Source of the DNA: a virus
Taxonomy: Duplodnaviria > Caudoviricetes
DNA: 64,000 bases
Reading direction: 5' to 3' (one strand)
Virus record (IMG/VR): IMGVR_UViG_3300027858_000004
Coordinates: 1 to 64,000 of that record
Part shown: positions 1 to 10,188 of the stretch, piece after piece
Layout: each line of letters begins with the position of its first letter
Position numbering within the stretch: the stretch's first letter is position 1
Notes under the pieces: model-generated
Seen by the model: only the letters and a program-made list of their open reading frames with translations
Told to the model about the DNA's origin: nothing
The model's database searches: none
Program-made: the position numbers and the translations under genes

Positions 1-26
1 AATTACATGTAATTACAGAGGAAAGA

Positions 27-284
27 ATGATTTACAAAATTGAAAGCGTAAGACAACTTGACTCAAAACAATATGGTTTGCTTTATAATTTAGAATTAGT
101 TGCTGGTTATGACTATGTTAATCCAGATTTAAGTGATGCACAGGGATTTGTAAATGCTGATAATTTCATAGATGATGTGCAACTACACTCATTTACACTA
201 TATCCAATGGAAGAAACTTTAGAGGAAAGATTAGAAGAAGAAGGTTTTAAAGTAATAGATATTAAAAATTACAATATCAACTGA
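27..284 (+). CDS. hypothetical phage protein
   Basis: ORF with GAGG RBS, followed by hairpin. Confidence 0.7.
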   Translation: MIYKIESVRQLDSKQYGLLYNLELVAGYDYVNPDLSDAQGFVNADNFIDDVQLHSFTLYPMEETLEERLEEEGFKVIDIKNYNIN

Positions 285-312
285 AGGTGAGGGGAGAGTC
301 CCCTTCACTTTT
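285..312 (+). terminator. intrinsic terminator-like hairpin
   Basis: AGGTGAGGGGA-GAG-TCCCCTTCACTTTT after stop. Confidence 0.6.
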
Positions 313-340
313 AAACACACAATTCTAAGGGGATAGGAAA

Positions 341-586
341 ATGAAAACTCATAAAATGATATATCCATACGGAGACTTTATAGCAATTTGCTTCAAAAAG
401 GAAACGGATTGGAGAAATAGCAATCATTCACGCATTTATTCGCATGATGTACATATCTATAGAAACAACGGAACACATTTCACTATAGTAGGAAAACAAG
501 AAGGATTTGAGCTATTGAATGCCACAATCCACTATGTAATTAAATCTATAATCGATTCGTTTTCATCAAAAATTATTTTAAATTAG
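341..586 (+). CDS. hypothetical phage protein
   Basis: ORF with RBS. Confidence 0.65.
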   Translation: MKTHKMIYPYGDFIAICFKKETDWRNSNHSRIYSHDVHIYRNNGTHFTIVGKQEGFELLNATIHYVIKSIIDSFSSKIILN

Positions 587-669
587 TTATTGACATTCAT
601 ATTTGTTTGTGCTATAATTTATTTATAGGAAAGAAAGAAATAGCATAAACAATTTGGAGGCGAAGAAAA

Positions 670-921
670 ATGAAATACGAAGAAGCTAAAAAACAAAAAG
701 CGCTATTAAATGAACAAAACGAAATATTATCAGTCAAACTAAAATCGTTCCCTACAATCGAAATGGGATTAGTATCTGATGATGTAAGAAAATCAGTAGA
801 ATACATTAAAGCGAAAAGGGAATTTGATAAATCGTTTAATGAATTGCGAGAGTTTAATAGTTGGTTTATTAAAAGCTTTAAAAAAGAATACAATGAAGAG
901 AGAAGAAACAGATTTAAATAA
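670..921 (+). CDS. hypothetical basic protein
   Basis: ORF, GGAGG RBS, promoter at 590. Confidence 0.75.
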   Translation: MKYEEAKKQKALLNEQNEILSVKLKSFPTIEMGLVSDDVRKSVEYIKAKREFDKSFNELREFNSWFIKSFKKEYNEERRNRFK

Positions 922-1016
922 AAATTTAAACTAGTTATTGACATATCTTACGTTTTGTGCTATAATTTACTTATAGCACAAATACATAATATAACTCTAG
1001 AAAAGAGGAAAAGTAC

Positions 1017-1754
1017 ATGATTAAATGGAATGATTACACAATCAAGAAAGTTGAAATGACAAAAGAGCAAAGGTCAGAACTTTATAATAGAGGTTGCAAT
1101 TCTCATGGTATGTCAGATGCGCCAGAAGTAATTGCTAATCTTGAACAGGGTTCTTATTTAATTGAAGAAACAGGTCAATTCTTTGAGGTCGAAAATTATG
1201 TAATAAAAGAGTATAAAATTCATGTTCATAATTTGGACTTTGGAATTGGTAAAGAAAATGTGTTAAAAGACTATCTTAATAAAGTCTCAGAAAGAAAAGA
1301 AGAGGAACAACTAGGTGATGTTTTATCTGAAATTATAGTATTTAATAATGATTTGCATACCGAATTAGTTTTTGCTGATGATGTAGCAACAATGAAACCT
1401 TACTACAATAAACAAATAACAGTTAAAAGAGTATTGGAAAAATATTCACTTCCTGTATGGTCAGAATCATTTGTCCCAAAAGTTATAGGACATGAAGAAA
1501 TGGAATCTTTTGCGTATACTTTGTTTCTAGGTGATAAAAATGAAATTGAAATCTTCTACAATGAAGAAATGAAGAAGTATTCGGCTTATGATGGAATTGA
1601 TGGTTATGGTTGGTATGATACAATCAAAGAAGCTGTAAAGTCTTATATGGATAGTGAATATAGATATAACACTGATGAAGAGTATTATGAGTCTAATTGT
1701 TCAAATTGTCGTGACGGTGGTTGTCTTTACTGTGAACCTCACAGATTTTTGTAA
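1017..1754 (+). CDS. hypothetical protein with C-terminal Cys cluster
   Basis: CSNCRDGGCLYC tail; promoter at 938. Confidence 0.75.
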   Translation: MIKWNDYTIKKVEMTKEQRSELYNRGCNSHGMSDAPEVIANLEQGSYLIEETGQFFEVENYVIKEYKIHVHNLDFGIGKENVLKDYLNKVSERKEEEQLGDVLSEIIVFNNDLHTELVFADDVATMKPYYNKQITVKRVLEKYSLPVWSESFVPKVIGHEEMESFAYTLFLGDKNEIEIFYNEEMKKYSAYDGIDGYGWYDTIKEAVKSYMDSEYRYNTDEEYYESNCSNCRDGGCLYCEPHRFL

Positions 1755-1775
1755 TGTGAGAAGGAGGAACTAGAA

Positions 1776-1919
1776 ATGAAAAAGAAGAAAGCGTGTATGA
1801 TTTGTGGGAACGAAAATGCAAAAGAATTAGAACTAGAAACACTATATTCTGATGAAGAAGGAAACGATTCGGAAGTAAATGAGTATATTTGCAAAGAGGG
1901 AAAAGGTTGCTCACAATAA
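1776..1919 (+). CDS. small Zn-ribbon-like protein (47 aa, not in ORF track)
   Basis: AGGAGG RBS; MKKKKACMICG...YICKEGKGCSQ. Confidence 0.6.
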   Translation: MKKKKACMICGNENAKELELETLYSDEEGNDSEVNEYICKEGKGCSQ

Positions 1920-2011
1920 TGTAGGTGAGCAACTATATAAAATAGATATTGACAATTACCTATAAGTGTGCTATAATTTACTCATAGGTAAATACATAGG
2001 AGGTCATTCAA

Positions 2012-2305
2012 ATGACAAAGTTAATAACAAAAACTGATTTATTAAAAAAGCTGAAAGAATATAAAAAAGATGGGAAAAAAATTCTTAGTATTGCAGTTAC
2101 TATTACAGATTTTGAAACAGAAATTGGTTATGATGTAAATATAACTGTATACTTTATGGATAGATTCAACATTTCTGATTTAGAGGCTTTTGCAATCGCT
2201 GAAGAACTAGAAGAAAAAGAAGCAGAAAAAGTTGGAAGACAAATAACAAATTATCTTGAAAATAAAGGCTACAAAGCTACATATGAAGGGGATGAAATGG
2301 CATAA
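2012..2305 (+). CDS. hypothetical protein
   Basis: AGGAGG RBS; promoter at 1949. Confidence 0.75.
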   Translation: MTKLITKTDLLKKLKEYKKDGKKILSIAVTITDFETEIGYDVNITVYFMDRFNISDLEAFAIAEELEEKEAEKVGRQITNYLENKGYKATYEGDEMA

Positions 2306-2366
2306 ATACAATTGATATTTCATTCTGAAGAATTAAGTAAAAGGATGTTTTTATTAAGATTGGAGA

Positions 2367-3257
2367 GTGTTCATGATGGTCTTTAATGACTATGTTATGG
2401 GGTTATTGTACGGAGACGGAAGTTTTACCATGAAAGAGAATAGAGAGTTTTATCTGTTTTCTAGTGTACATAAGGAATTAGCAGACAAAATTGAGATTGC
2501 TCTTCAATCTAATGATATCAGATACAGTCGTTTTGCAAGAGTACACGATGCAGAAGGTGAAACATCCAATTATGAAACATTAGAATTAGTGGAAATATAT
2601 GATAATCGATTCTTAGACTTTATAGTTAATAGTGGCTTTAAGTCTGAGTCAGTGGAAGACTATTTCAAAACTACTGGGGATTTTCTTAGAGGCTACTTAG
2701 AAACAAAAGGCACTCTATTTCAGTCTAATAGTAGAGGTAACATATTTTGGAGAATTTCTTTTAGTGGAAGTGAAGAGGAAATAAAGTTTTTGAAATCATT
2801 TCTAGAAAAAACATTAGACATAGCAGTGAGCAACATTGTTCAAAGAAATGAAAGACAGGAACAGGGAATTATAAGTAAGTCCTTTAGAATAAGCATTCAG
2901 AATAGATTGGGTGTAGCAAAGTTAGTTGAGTATACTGATGGAGAAGAGGTCTCAGCTTACTTAAAAGAGCGTGTGGATGGCTTTAAACTATTTGATAAGA
3001 CTAATCCATTTAATATGAAAAGGAAAGTCTATAAGCATTATAAATATGCAGTTGGATTCATGGCAAGAGAAATGCAATTAGATATTAAAGGGATAAGAGG
3101 AATAAGCATTAAAGATAGACAGAAGCCTCTATTTCTATTTGAGGATGAAGAGATTAAACAGTGCTTTAGAAACTGGGAATCTACTTACTATTGGATATGT
3201 GAAGAGTACAAATCAAAAACAGGTAAGAATCCTCCTAAAGTTGAATCCTTAAAATAA
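2367..3257 (+). CDS. LAGLIDADG-family endonuclease-like protein (free-standing)
   Basis: YVMGLLYGDGSF and degenerate DFLRGYLETKGTL motifs. Confidence 0.7.
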   Translation: MFMMVFNDYVMGLLYGDGSFTMKENREFYLFSSVHKELADKIEIALQSNDIRYSRFARVHDAEGETSNYETLELVEIYDNRFLDFIVNSGFKSESVEDYFKTTGDFLRGYLETKGTLFQSNSRGNIFWRISFSGSEEEIKFLKSFLEKTLDIAVSNIVQRNERQEQGIISKSFRISIQNRLGVAKLVEYTDGEEVSAYLKERVDGFKLFDKTNPFNMKRKVYKHYKYAVGFMAREMQLDIKGIRGISIKDRQKPLFLFEDEEIKQCFRNWESTYYWICEEYKSKTGKNPPKVESLK

Positions 3258-3343
3258 TAAGGATTGAATTATAAAATAGTTATTGACAAACAAATGAAAT
3301 TGTGCTATAATTAAGTTATAAATAAGAGATGGAGATGGTTTAA

Positions 3344-3976
3344 ATGTCAGATTACATTATCGAAACGATTGAAACAGAAAATTACAAATTGGAAATTTCT
3401 TATGACCAATGTGTAGAATCCCCTAGAGAGTGGAGCAATCTTGGTACAATTACGGCTTGGCATAGTAATTATAATTTATCTGATGATGGTGCTGATTTCA
3501 GAGACTATAGAAGTTTCCTTGAATATCATACCGACAAACATTTCAAGACACAGGAAGGCTTAGAAAATGCATCGGATGAGCGTTTAAAAGAGCTGATGGG
3601 AAAAGACTATATTGTTTTAACTGTTCATATGTATGAGCATGGTCAAGTAGCTCTAAGTACATCTTCATTCATGGGTAGGGCAATACATGCTGAGTGGGAT
3701 AGTGGAAGAGTAGGATTCATTTATGTTAGCAAAGAGAAAGTTAAACAAGAATACGGTGGCAAAGTTATCAACAAAAAGTTACGTGAAAGAGTAGAAGGAT
3801 ATCTTACTGGGGAAATTGAAATATATAGCAACTATGTTAATGGTGATGTTGTTAGCTATACTCTATTCGACAAAGATGGAGAAGAAGAGGACAGTTGTGG
3901 TGGATTCTTTGGATATGATTATAAAGTAAATGGGATAGCTGATTATGTTCCACAGGAAGTTGTAATGGCTTTATAA
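3344..3976 (+). CDS. conserved phage hypothetical protein
   Basis: SPREW..NLG, YEHG, WDSG.VGFIY, DSCGGFFG motifs recalled from phage/ICE proteins. Confidence 0.75.
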   Translation: MSDYIIETIETENYKLEISYDQCVESPREWSNLGTITAWHSNYNLSDDGADFRDYRSFLEYHTDKHFKTQEGLENASDERLKELMGKDYIVLTVHMYEHGQVALSTSSFMGRAIHAEWDSGRVGFIYVSKEKVKQEYGGKVINKKLRERVEGYLTGEIEIYSNYVNGDVVSYTLFDKDGEEEDSCGGFFGYDYKVNGIADYVPQEVVMAL

Positions 3977-4071
3977 GATAGTTAATTAAATATAACTCTT
4001 TACATTGGAAGGGATATATGTTAAGTTTAATATTATAAATATAAAAACAAATATGAATTGGAGATGTTAAT

Positions 4072-4272
4072 ATGATTTACAAAAAAGAAAAAGTATCAGA
4101 TAAAGTGGTTGAAGTGGTAGCAGTATCTAATGGGGAGTCATTAGTAGTAGGAACGATTCATGAAACAAATGGTTTATTTGCAACTGGAAATGGAAAGTTT
4201 CATGATACATTAGACGAAGCTTATACAAAAATTGTAACTGATTACGAAGTTAAAAAGTCAATCATGAAATAA
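4072..4272 (+). CDS. hypothetical protein
   Basis: GGAG RBS; hairpin 4279-4296 downstream. Confidence 0.65.
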   Translation: MIYKKEKVSDKVVEVVAVSNGESLVVGTIHETNGLFATGNGKFHDTLDEAYTKIVTDYEVKKSIMK

Positions 4273-4519
4273 AATTCGTGGGGTAGAAATACCCCAATTA
4301 CATAAAGGAGGCTCATCATGGTCAAGAAATTGAACAGCTACTTTTTATCCGATGTTGAAGATGAAATAGATGTAGTCGATTATATTTGGTTTTATGGTAG
4401 CTATGGAACAGTCATTACAGTAGCAACGTTGACATTTTTATCTTTCTTTAATAAATAGATATTGACAAAGTGTTATAATTATGTTATACTTAACAAATAA
4501 GAAATGGAGAGTGGATTAA

Positions 4520-5044
4520 ATGTTAGAATTAAAACAGTATAATTTATTAGAAGAAATTGATGGGTACGGTGAAGAAGACATCATAGAAGAAATGTCAAAT
4601 TATGATGGCAGCACTTATGTTTGTGATGCAATTTCAGAAATAGCAGATAGCAATATCCCAATTTACAATAATGACATTTGGAAGAATGTACAGGACATTC
4701 AAGAATACATTGAACAAGCGATTTCAAGTGGAATCGTAGATACTAGTCACAATGGTATTGATTTAATTAAAGTGTTTCAAGGTGGCTATTATGAATACAA
4801 TACACAATTGTTATATGCGAACCTTGATAGTGTAGCTTTCAATATGGTTGCTGATAAGCTAAATGAATATTTCAATACACTAACAGAAGAACAACTAACA
4901 AGTCTAGATTTAACAGAAATCGAAGAAGAGTTAGAATCCAAAACAGAGCATTTTGATAATAATAACTATCTTAGCGTGATTGATGATATTTTTGAAGAGT
5001 TGAAGGAAGAAATAGAAGAAGGCTTTGAAGATTCATCTGAGTAA
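4520..5044 (+). CDS. Ocr (T7 gp0.3)-like DNA-mimic anti-restriction protein
   Basis: DAISEIADSNIPIYNNDIW resembles Ocr DAIHMAADNAVPHYYADIF; DLIKVFQGGYYE resembles DVIRILQARIYE; very acidic; own promoter and terminator. Confidence 0.65.
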   Translation: MLELKQYNLLEEIDGYGEEDIIEEMSNYDGSTYVCDAISEIADSNIPIYNNDIWKNVQDIQEYIEQAISSGIVDTSHNGIDLIKVFQGGYYEYNTQLLYANLDSVAFNMVADKLNEYFNTLTEEQLTSLDLTEIEEELESKTEHFDNNNYLSVIDDIFEELKEEIEEGFEDSSE

Positions 5045-5050
5045 TAGCTT

Positions 5051-5076
5051 AAGAGGAAGATTTATTTCTTCCTCTT
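5051..5076 (+). terminator. hairpin terminator
   Basis: AAGAGGAAGA-loop-TCTTCCTCTT inverted repeat. Confidence 0.6.
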
Positions 5077-5161
5077 ATAAAATACATATTGACAAATGAA
5101 TTATGGTGTGCTATAATTTACTTATAAGCAAGTATAATAATAAGAGGGGAAATGATAAATA

Positions 5162-5392
5162 ATGAACGTTAAACTTTATGAGGATTTAAAAGAACAGTTT
5201 ACAATTATCGACATTGATTTCTATGATGAAGGGGATAAGACATATTTCTTATTTTATGCCAATGAAATCACAGAAAAAAAAGCTAATGAACTGTATGATG
5301 ATTATGATGAGAAGTATGGTGATGAAGAATTTCATGGCGCTTTTGAAGACTACTTACAGGAACTAGAAATTAAATACTATATCTTAAATTAA
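5162..5392 (+). CDS. small acidic protein
   Basis: ORF after promoter at 5089. Confidence 0.7.
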   Translation: MNVKLYEDLKEQFTIIDIDFYDEGDKTYFLFYANEITEKKANELYDDYDEKYGDEEFHGAFEDYLQELEIKYYILN

Positions 5393-5612
5393 AAGAGAAA
5401 TGGGGGAGTTGCAGTGGACAACGACAAAATTATCGAGTATGCAATCGCATGGCTTGAAACCACAATAGAAAAGCATGAAAACTTTATTAATAACTTTGAA
5501 GGCGACAAAGATAGTTTAGCTCAAAATTTAATGGTTGAACGGTATAAATCAGAATTAAAGCAATTGGAACATATGAGAAATTAATAATAACAGTATTTTA
5601 TCAAAAAACGAA

Positions 5613-5906
5613 ATGGAGAGATATGGAATGAGAACAAAGACAATAAAAGACGCAAAGTTAATAGTTAAAGTAGAAGGTTACAAAGATACTAAGAAAATAA
5701 AAACAGTTTCGATTTTTGATAATCGTAGTCAAAAGTATTTGACAGATGAATTTATTCAGGAGCGTAATGTTAGACACTTTTTAGATTTGAACGATATGAA
5801 AGAAACATTAAACTGGAATTTGAACGGGGACAGCTCAAAATATCAGTTCAAATGGGGACAAAGTGGGAAAACTCATTCAGAAGGATTATGTTATATCTTT
5901 GAATAA
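5613..5906 (+). CDS. hypothetical protein
   Basis: ORF bounded by palindromic sites at 5584 and 5903. Confidence 0.7.
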   Translation: MERYGMRTKTIKDAKLIVKVEGYKDTKKIKTVSIFDNRSQKYLTDEFIQERNVRHFLDLNDMKETLNWNLNGDSSKYQFKWGQSGKTHSEGLCYIFE

Positions 5907-6004
5907 AAAGTAAATATTATTAAAAGATATATATTGACAAATCAAATAAAATGTGCTATAATTAATTTATAGTACAGAATACATAGTAACTAGGAGGATA
6001 AGAA

Positions 6005-6348
6005 ATGAATAGAGAGCAATTAATTAAGGCGATTGAAGGCAACTACATAGTTATCTTTTCATTGGATGGTGATAGAAATATTCAAAGTGTTAATGCTAGA
6101 CGATATTTTGATAGAAAAAATATTACAATATTGGAACTTCCATTCAAATTCCCAATCATAGATATGATTGTTCAATCGTTGATATGTTTATATCTGAAAA
6201 AAATAAAACTCTATTTATAGCATTAAAAGAAATTTGTAACTGTGATAAACTTTATGATTGTTGTGACTGTGGTTGTGAAGATGGCGATGGTTGTGGTTGT
6301 GCTTATTGTTGGTCTTGCAATGCCTGTGAAGACTGTTTAAGCGAATAA
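6005..6348 (+). pseudogene. Frameshifted gene with Cys-rich (metallothionein-like) C-terminus
   Basis: The -1 frame opens exactly at the A6 run 6115-6120 and reads to TAA 6346-6348 with 12 Cys in the last ~38 aa. Confidence 0.55.
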
Positions 6349-6373
6349 TAATTAACTACTATTAAACTGGAGC

Positions 6374-6595
6374 GTGAAACAATTGAAAATTAAATTTATT
6401 GGTGAAGGTTTTAGCTTTAATGATGAAGTAAGATATGATGAGCTAATAGTGGATTTAAGTGGCGACTTCTTCCTAAGTTCAACGGAAGAAAAGAGTGATG
6501 ACAGATTAAAAGAAAATGATGCATTGCACATAGAAAGTAGCAACGGTGGACTATTTGTGAAAAAAGGTACTGTTAAAATTGAAGTATTAAAATAA
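6374..6595 (+). CDS. hypothetical protein
   Basis: ORF with GGAG RBS. Confidence 0.6.
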   Translation: MKQLKIKFIGEGFSFNDEVRYDELIVDLSGDFFLSSTEEKSDDRLKENDALHIESSNGGLFVKKGTVKIEVLK

Positions 6596-6609
6596 GAAGG
6601 GGTGTTATC

Positions 6610-6879
6610 ATGAAATCAGAAGAATTAAAACACATATCAGAAGAAGCAGATGTTAGAAACGCAAAAACTTTTTGGGATGGCTTCAAAGATGAACTTTTTC
6701 AAAGAATGAAACGCAATGCAGAAACGGGTTGTCGAGAATTTAGAGTGGATGATTCAGATGATAGTCTTAATAAACATGGGTGGTTAAAAGCTAGTAATCT
6801 CTATAAAAAAGCAATTGCTGAGTTGGAGCAATTGGGATATACAGTCAATCATTCTAATGATGTAAAAGATGGCACTTAA
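6610..6879 (+). CDS. hypothetical protein
   Basis: ORF with AAGGGG RBS. Confidence 0.65.
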   Translation: MKSEELKHISEEADVRNAKTFWDGFKDELFQRMKRNAETGCREFRVDDSDDSLNKHGWLKASNLYKKAIAELEQLGYTVNHSNDVKDGT

Positions 6880-6923
6880 ATTATAATTAGATGGTAAAGG
6901 AATATTAATAAGGAGGCTTTACG

Positions 6924-7301
6924 ATGAGAGAAAAGTGGATTGGCGAAGAAAATGACACCAGTGGTACATATGTTAAAACTACATGTAGCGAACTATCTTT
7001 AAGAAGAGGAGGAAAGATAAACGCAAAGAAACTATACAGATTTAAAAGTAGATTTGGAGGAGAGTATAATATCACTGATGAAGAGGCTATTTCAAATATA
7101 GAAGAATTATTACCTAAAGGAGAAGAGGAAAATTCAGTTAAGTTATATGAATACCTATACGGATTAGTTATAGAGCAATTTGGAATGATTGAATTTATTG
7201 TAAACATTGGACATCATGTTGCAAAAGAGCGTGATGATGGCTATGTACGGGGCAAAAAACAAATGCAAAAGGAAATGAGAAATTTACTGGGGATAAGATA
7301 A
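6924..7301 (+). CDS. hypothetical protein
   Basis: AAGGAGG RBS. Confidence 0.6.
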   Translation: MREKWIGEENDTSGTYVKTTCSELSLRRGGKINAKKLYRFKSRFGGEYNITDEEAISNIEELLPKGEEENSVKLYEYLYGLVIEQFGMIEFIVNIGHHVAKERDDGYVRGKKQMQKEMRNLLGIR

Positions 7302-7321
7302 ATCAGTAAAAGTTTACTTTT

Positions 7322-7624
7322 ATGAAGGAGGTAAGAATTATTATGAAAACATTCAGTAAATTAAGACAAGAATATTTAAATAAAGGTTTAAATTTAGCAT
7401 ATATAAGAAGTGGTAAAAAATATTCAATATCAATCGTTAATGTGCCATTTGTAGTAGAAGGGATTGAACATGAAACAGGCACTTGCCAACTAACAGGATA
7501 CTATAATATCTATGACAAGGCGCAATTGCAAGATGTGGATATGATGTTTGAAAGAGTTATTAATTCATACAAAGAGCAATATGCAACCAATGAAACTATG
7601 TTATCTTATGTAGATAATATTTAA
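7322..7624 (+). CDS. hypothetical protein
   Basis: AAGGAGG RBS (real start probably 7343); bounded by sites 7306 and 7624. Confidence 0.65.
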   Translation: MKEVRIIMKTFSKLRQEYLNKGLNLAYIRSGKKYSISIVNVPFVVEGIEHETGTCQLTGYYNIYDKAQLQDVDMMFERVINSYKEQYATNETMLSYVDNI

Positions 7625-7706
7625 TAAAAACTGAACTTTATTAAATTAGTTATTGACAAATGATATATCGTGTGCTATAATTAACTTATAAGATAAGAAA
7701 AGGAGA

Positions 7707-8546
7707 ATGATAAATATGATAGCAATTAACTTTGAACAGACGGTTAAAAATTTCTTGGAAGGTATTACTGATTATGAAACTCTAGATTTATCAGAAATAG
7801 AAGTGGATGTTTTAATTCAACATGTTGCAAACGAACTAGAAGGATATGAAGATATTGAGCAGAGCAATGTGGAACGTGAGATAAACATCTATCTTCAAAA
7901 TACAGGATTCACTTATGACGATGAGGCAGAAGCGTGGGAATTGGCAGAGAAAGTAGATTATCCTCACTATAAAGAAATGTACGTTTTAAAATATAACATG
8001 AAAGAACTTGCTTTTGACACGATAGAAAAGGCAGAGGCTTACATTAAGGAAAATGATGTTGCATACCCCGAAGTAACTCTAAGCGATGTTAAATATACAA
8101 ACAGACATAGCTTTGAAATTATACAGGACAATGAAACATTTGAATATGAAAAAGGAAAGTTAGAAAAAGTGGAAGATATGAAATGTAACATTTGTGAAAC
8201 TGGGGAAATGGAACATAAACAACTGAAAAAAACTCATGTGTATATCTGTGTAGAGTGTCCTAATGTTCAACTAGAATATTCTTTCTATGAAGATATCGAA
8301 AACTTGTCAGCTTACTTGCGTGGGGAATTAGAGCCTTTGACGGAAGAAGAGCAAATGGAATATATTTTAGCAGAGTTTCTTGGTTTCCATAGTTACGATG
8401 GAAACAGTGAAAAGCTATCTCATGAAGTTAAATTATTAATTAACAACAATGAAGAGATACATGCAAATGTTTCTGAAACCTACCGATTAAATGGTAAACA
8501 AGACGAGCTAATGGAAAAAGTAATCGACTCTCTTCTAATTCGATAA
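7707..8546 (+). CDS. acidic multi-domain protein with Zn ribbon
   Basis: CNIC...CVEC motif; promoter at 7653. Confidence 0.75.
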   Translation: MINMIAINFEQTVKNFLEGITDYETLDLSEIEVDVLIQHVANELEGYEDIEQSNVEREINIYLQNTGFTYDDEAEAWELAEKVDYPHYKEMYVLKYNMKELAFDTIEKAEAYIKENDVAYPEVTLSDVKYTNRHSFEIIQDNETFEYEKGKLEKVEDMKCNICETGEMEHKQLKKTHVYICVECPNVQLEYSFYEDIENLSAYLRGELEPLTEEEQMEYILAEFLGFHSYDGNSEKLSHEVKLLINNNEEIHANVSETYRLNGKQDELMEKVIDSLLIR

Positions 8547-8638
8547 TAAAAGTTGAATATTATTAAGAAATACTTATTGACATATTCTGTTTAGTATGCT
8601 ATAATTAGTTATAAGCTTAAGGAAGAGGTTGATAGCAA

Positions 8639-8884
8639 ATGAAATTTAAAACAGTATATCTTGATAAATGGGACAATGACTTACAGGATTCACCCAATCG
8701 CATTAAAGGGGTGAATGAGGTTATAGAGGTTGTAAGGCAAGAGGGAGGTTGTGAGGTCTCTTTTGATTACGAAGGAAGAACAAGGCATATGTCAGCATCT
8801 GAAAACTTTGCGAAAATGCTACCTGAAGACTTCAATTACAATATTGGCTATAATTACGAGTTTACGATTACTCTTAAGAAATAA
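8639..8884 (+). CDS. hypothetical protein
   Basis: ORF after promoter at 8577. Confidence 0.7.
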   Translation: MKFKTVYLDKWDNDLQDSPNRIKGVNEVIEVVRQEGGCEVSFDYEGRTRHMSASENFAKMLPEDFNYNIGYNYEFTITLKK

Positions 8885-8942
8885 GGATGGTGGAAGTAGA
8901 TTAATTCTACTTCCTAATTCCATACATAATGGAGGTAACACA

Positions 8943-9152
8943 GTGGGCAGAATAAACTATTCTTTAGGACACAAATACATAAATCAGTTTGATAAGAGAA
9001 AACAGGCAGAAATTATTATTGATATTGTTAATGCACTAGTTGAGATTGACCATGTGGATGATTTGCAGAGCTATTTAAATGATGCACTTGATAGTAGACT
9101 GGGAGACTTAATCGATTTAATAGACATAGAAAAACACATGATAGAGAATTAA
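8943..9152 (+). CDS. hypothetical protein (start revised from 8751)
   Basis: GGAGG at 8931 before GTG 8943. Confidence 0.6.
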   Translation: MGRINYSLGHKYINQFDKRKQAEIIIDIVNALVEIDHVDDLQSYLNDALDSRLGDLIDLIDIEKHMIEN

Positions 9153-9246
9153 TTTTAAACTATCTATTGACAAATAAAATATAGTGTGTTATAATTATAT
9201 TATAGTAAAGAAGAGGAAAACAAAACAATCAGAATGGAGCTTACAT

Positions 9247-10179
9247 ATGAAAATAGATGACTTGAAAGCCAAAGTATTAAAAGCAGAAGAAAAGGTTGAA
9301 AAATGTAAGAAGACGATTGAAAGACACGAAAAGCAAAAGATTAAAAAAATTGATGCACTTGTGAAAAAAGGAATTAATCTTGTAGGATTAAATAAAGAGG
9401 ATGTAGAAGAAATTCAATTTGAACATCGTGGAACAGATGAATCATGGGAGATATCTGAAGTGAAGTTCAAACTGGAAGACATTAAAGGTGCTACAAGAAA
9501 ACTATCCGATGCAGAGACAATCCTAAACAACTGGAAGAATAAGCTTGATGCCGAAATAGAAAAAGATAACTTCATTAACAATAGTGTTCCACAGGTTATC
9601 AAAGACTTCCTAGAAGAGTGGAAAAACAATGCTTATGAGTGGCACTTAAGAAAATATGATGCATATGTAGAGTTCCTTGAAAAGCTAAAGACCGATAAGC
9701 TTGAAGCCATCATTGAGTGTGTTAAAACGTTTGAGGTGTATTCTCATCTATTAAATGAAGATGGAGAAGTTAAAAATACAGATGAGTATTCTTTAATAAA
9801 CGTTCGACCAAGTGGCACTGTGAAAAACTTCTTAGAAGAAAAGAAATTAGATTATAGAAGTATTGACCAAAGAAAGAAAAACTTTGGTGGAGCTATTATT
9901 CAAAAGATGCATGAAATTAGAAGCAAAGAAGAGAGAGAGCAATGGATTAACAATCAATTGGAAAATGAAAAGAAATCAAAAATGATTGACTTAATCACTC
10001 GTATTAACGGTATTGTAGGTACTATTACGGATGCTTCAGAGTTGCGTATAAGCGTTAAAGGGAATTTAGATGGATTCATTACTGGAACAGACGGAAAAGC
10101 TAAAATTGAAACAGTGGGCGCAGGTGGTTACAATATTCAATTATTTCACTTTAGAACATTGGTACATGAAGTGAAATAA
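9247..10179 (+). CDS. conserved phage coiled-coil protein (start revised)
   Basis: C-terminal GNLDGFITG...ETVGAGGYNIQLFHFRTLV motif; ORF-track start overlaps the promoter. Confidence 0.8.
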   Translation: MKIDDLKAKVLKAEEKVEKCKKTIERHEKQKIKKIDALVKKGINLVGLNKEDVEEIQFEHRGTDESWEISEVKFKLEDIKGATRKLSDAETILNNWKNKLDAEIEKDNFINNSVPQVIKDFLEEWKNNAYEWHLRKYDAYVEFLEKLKTDKLEAIIECVKTFEVYSHLLNEDGEVKNTDEYSLINVRPSGTVKNFLEEKKLDYRSIDQRKKNFGGAIIQKMHEIRSKEEREQWINNQLENEKKSKMIDLITRINGIVGTITDASELRISVKGNLDGFITGTDGKAKIETVGAGGYNIQLFHFRTLVHEVK

Positions 10180-10188
10180 TAATCAAAG

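Noticed and set aside
1849-1865. CTGATGA...GAAAC as a hammerhead ribozyme core
   Set aside because: No stem II between the motifs, and it lies within a small ORF
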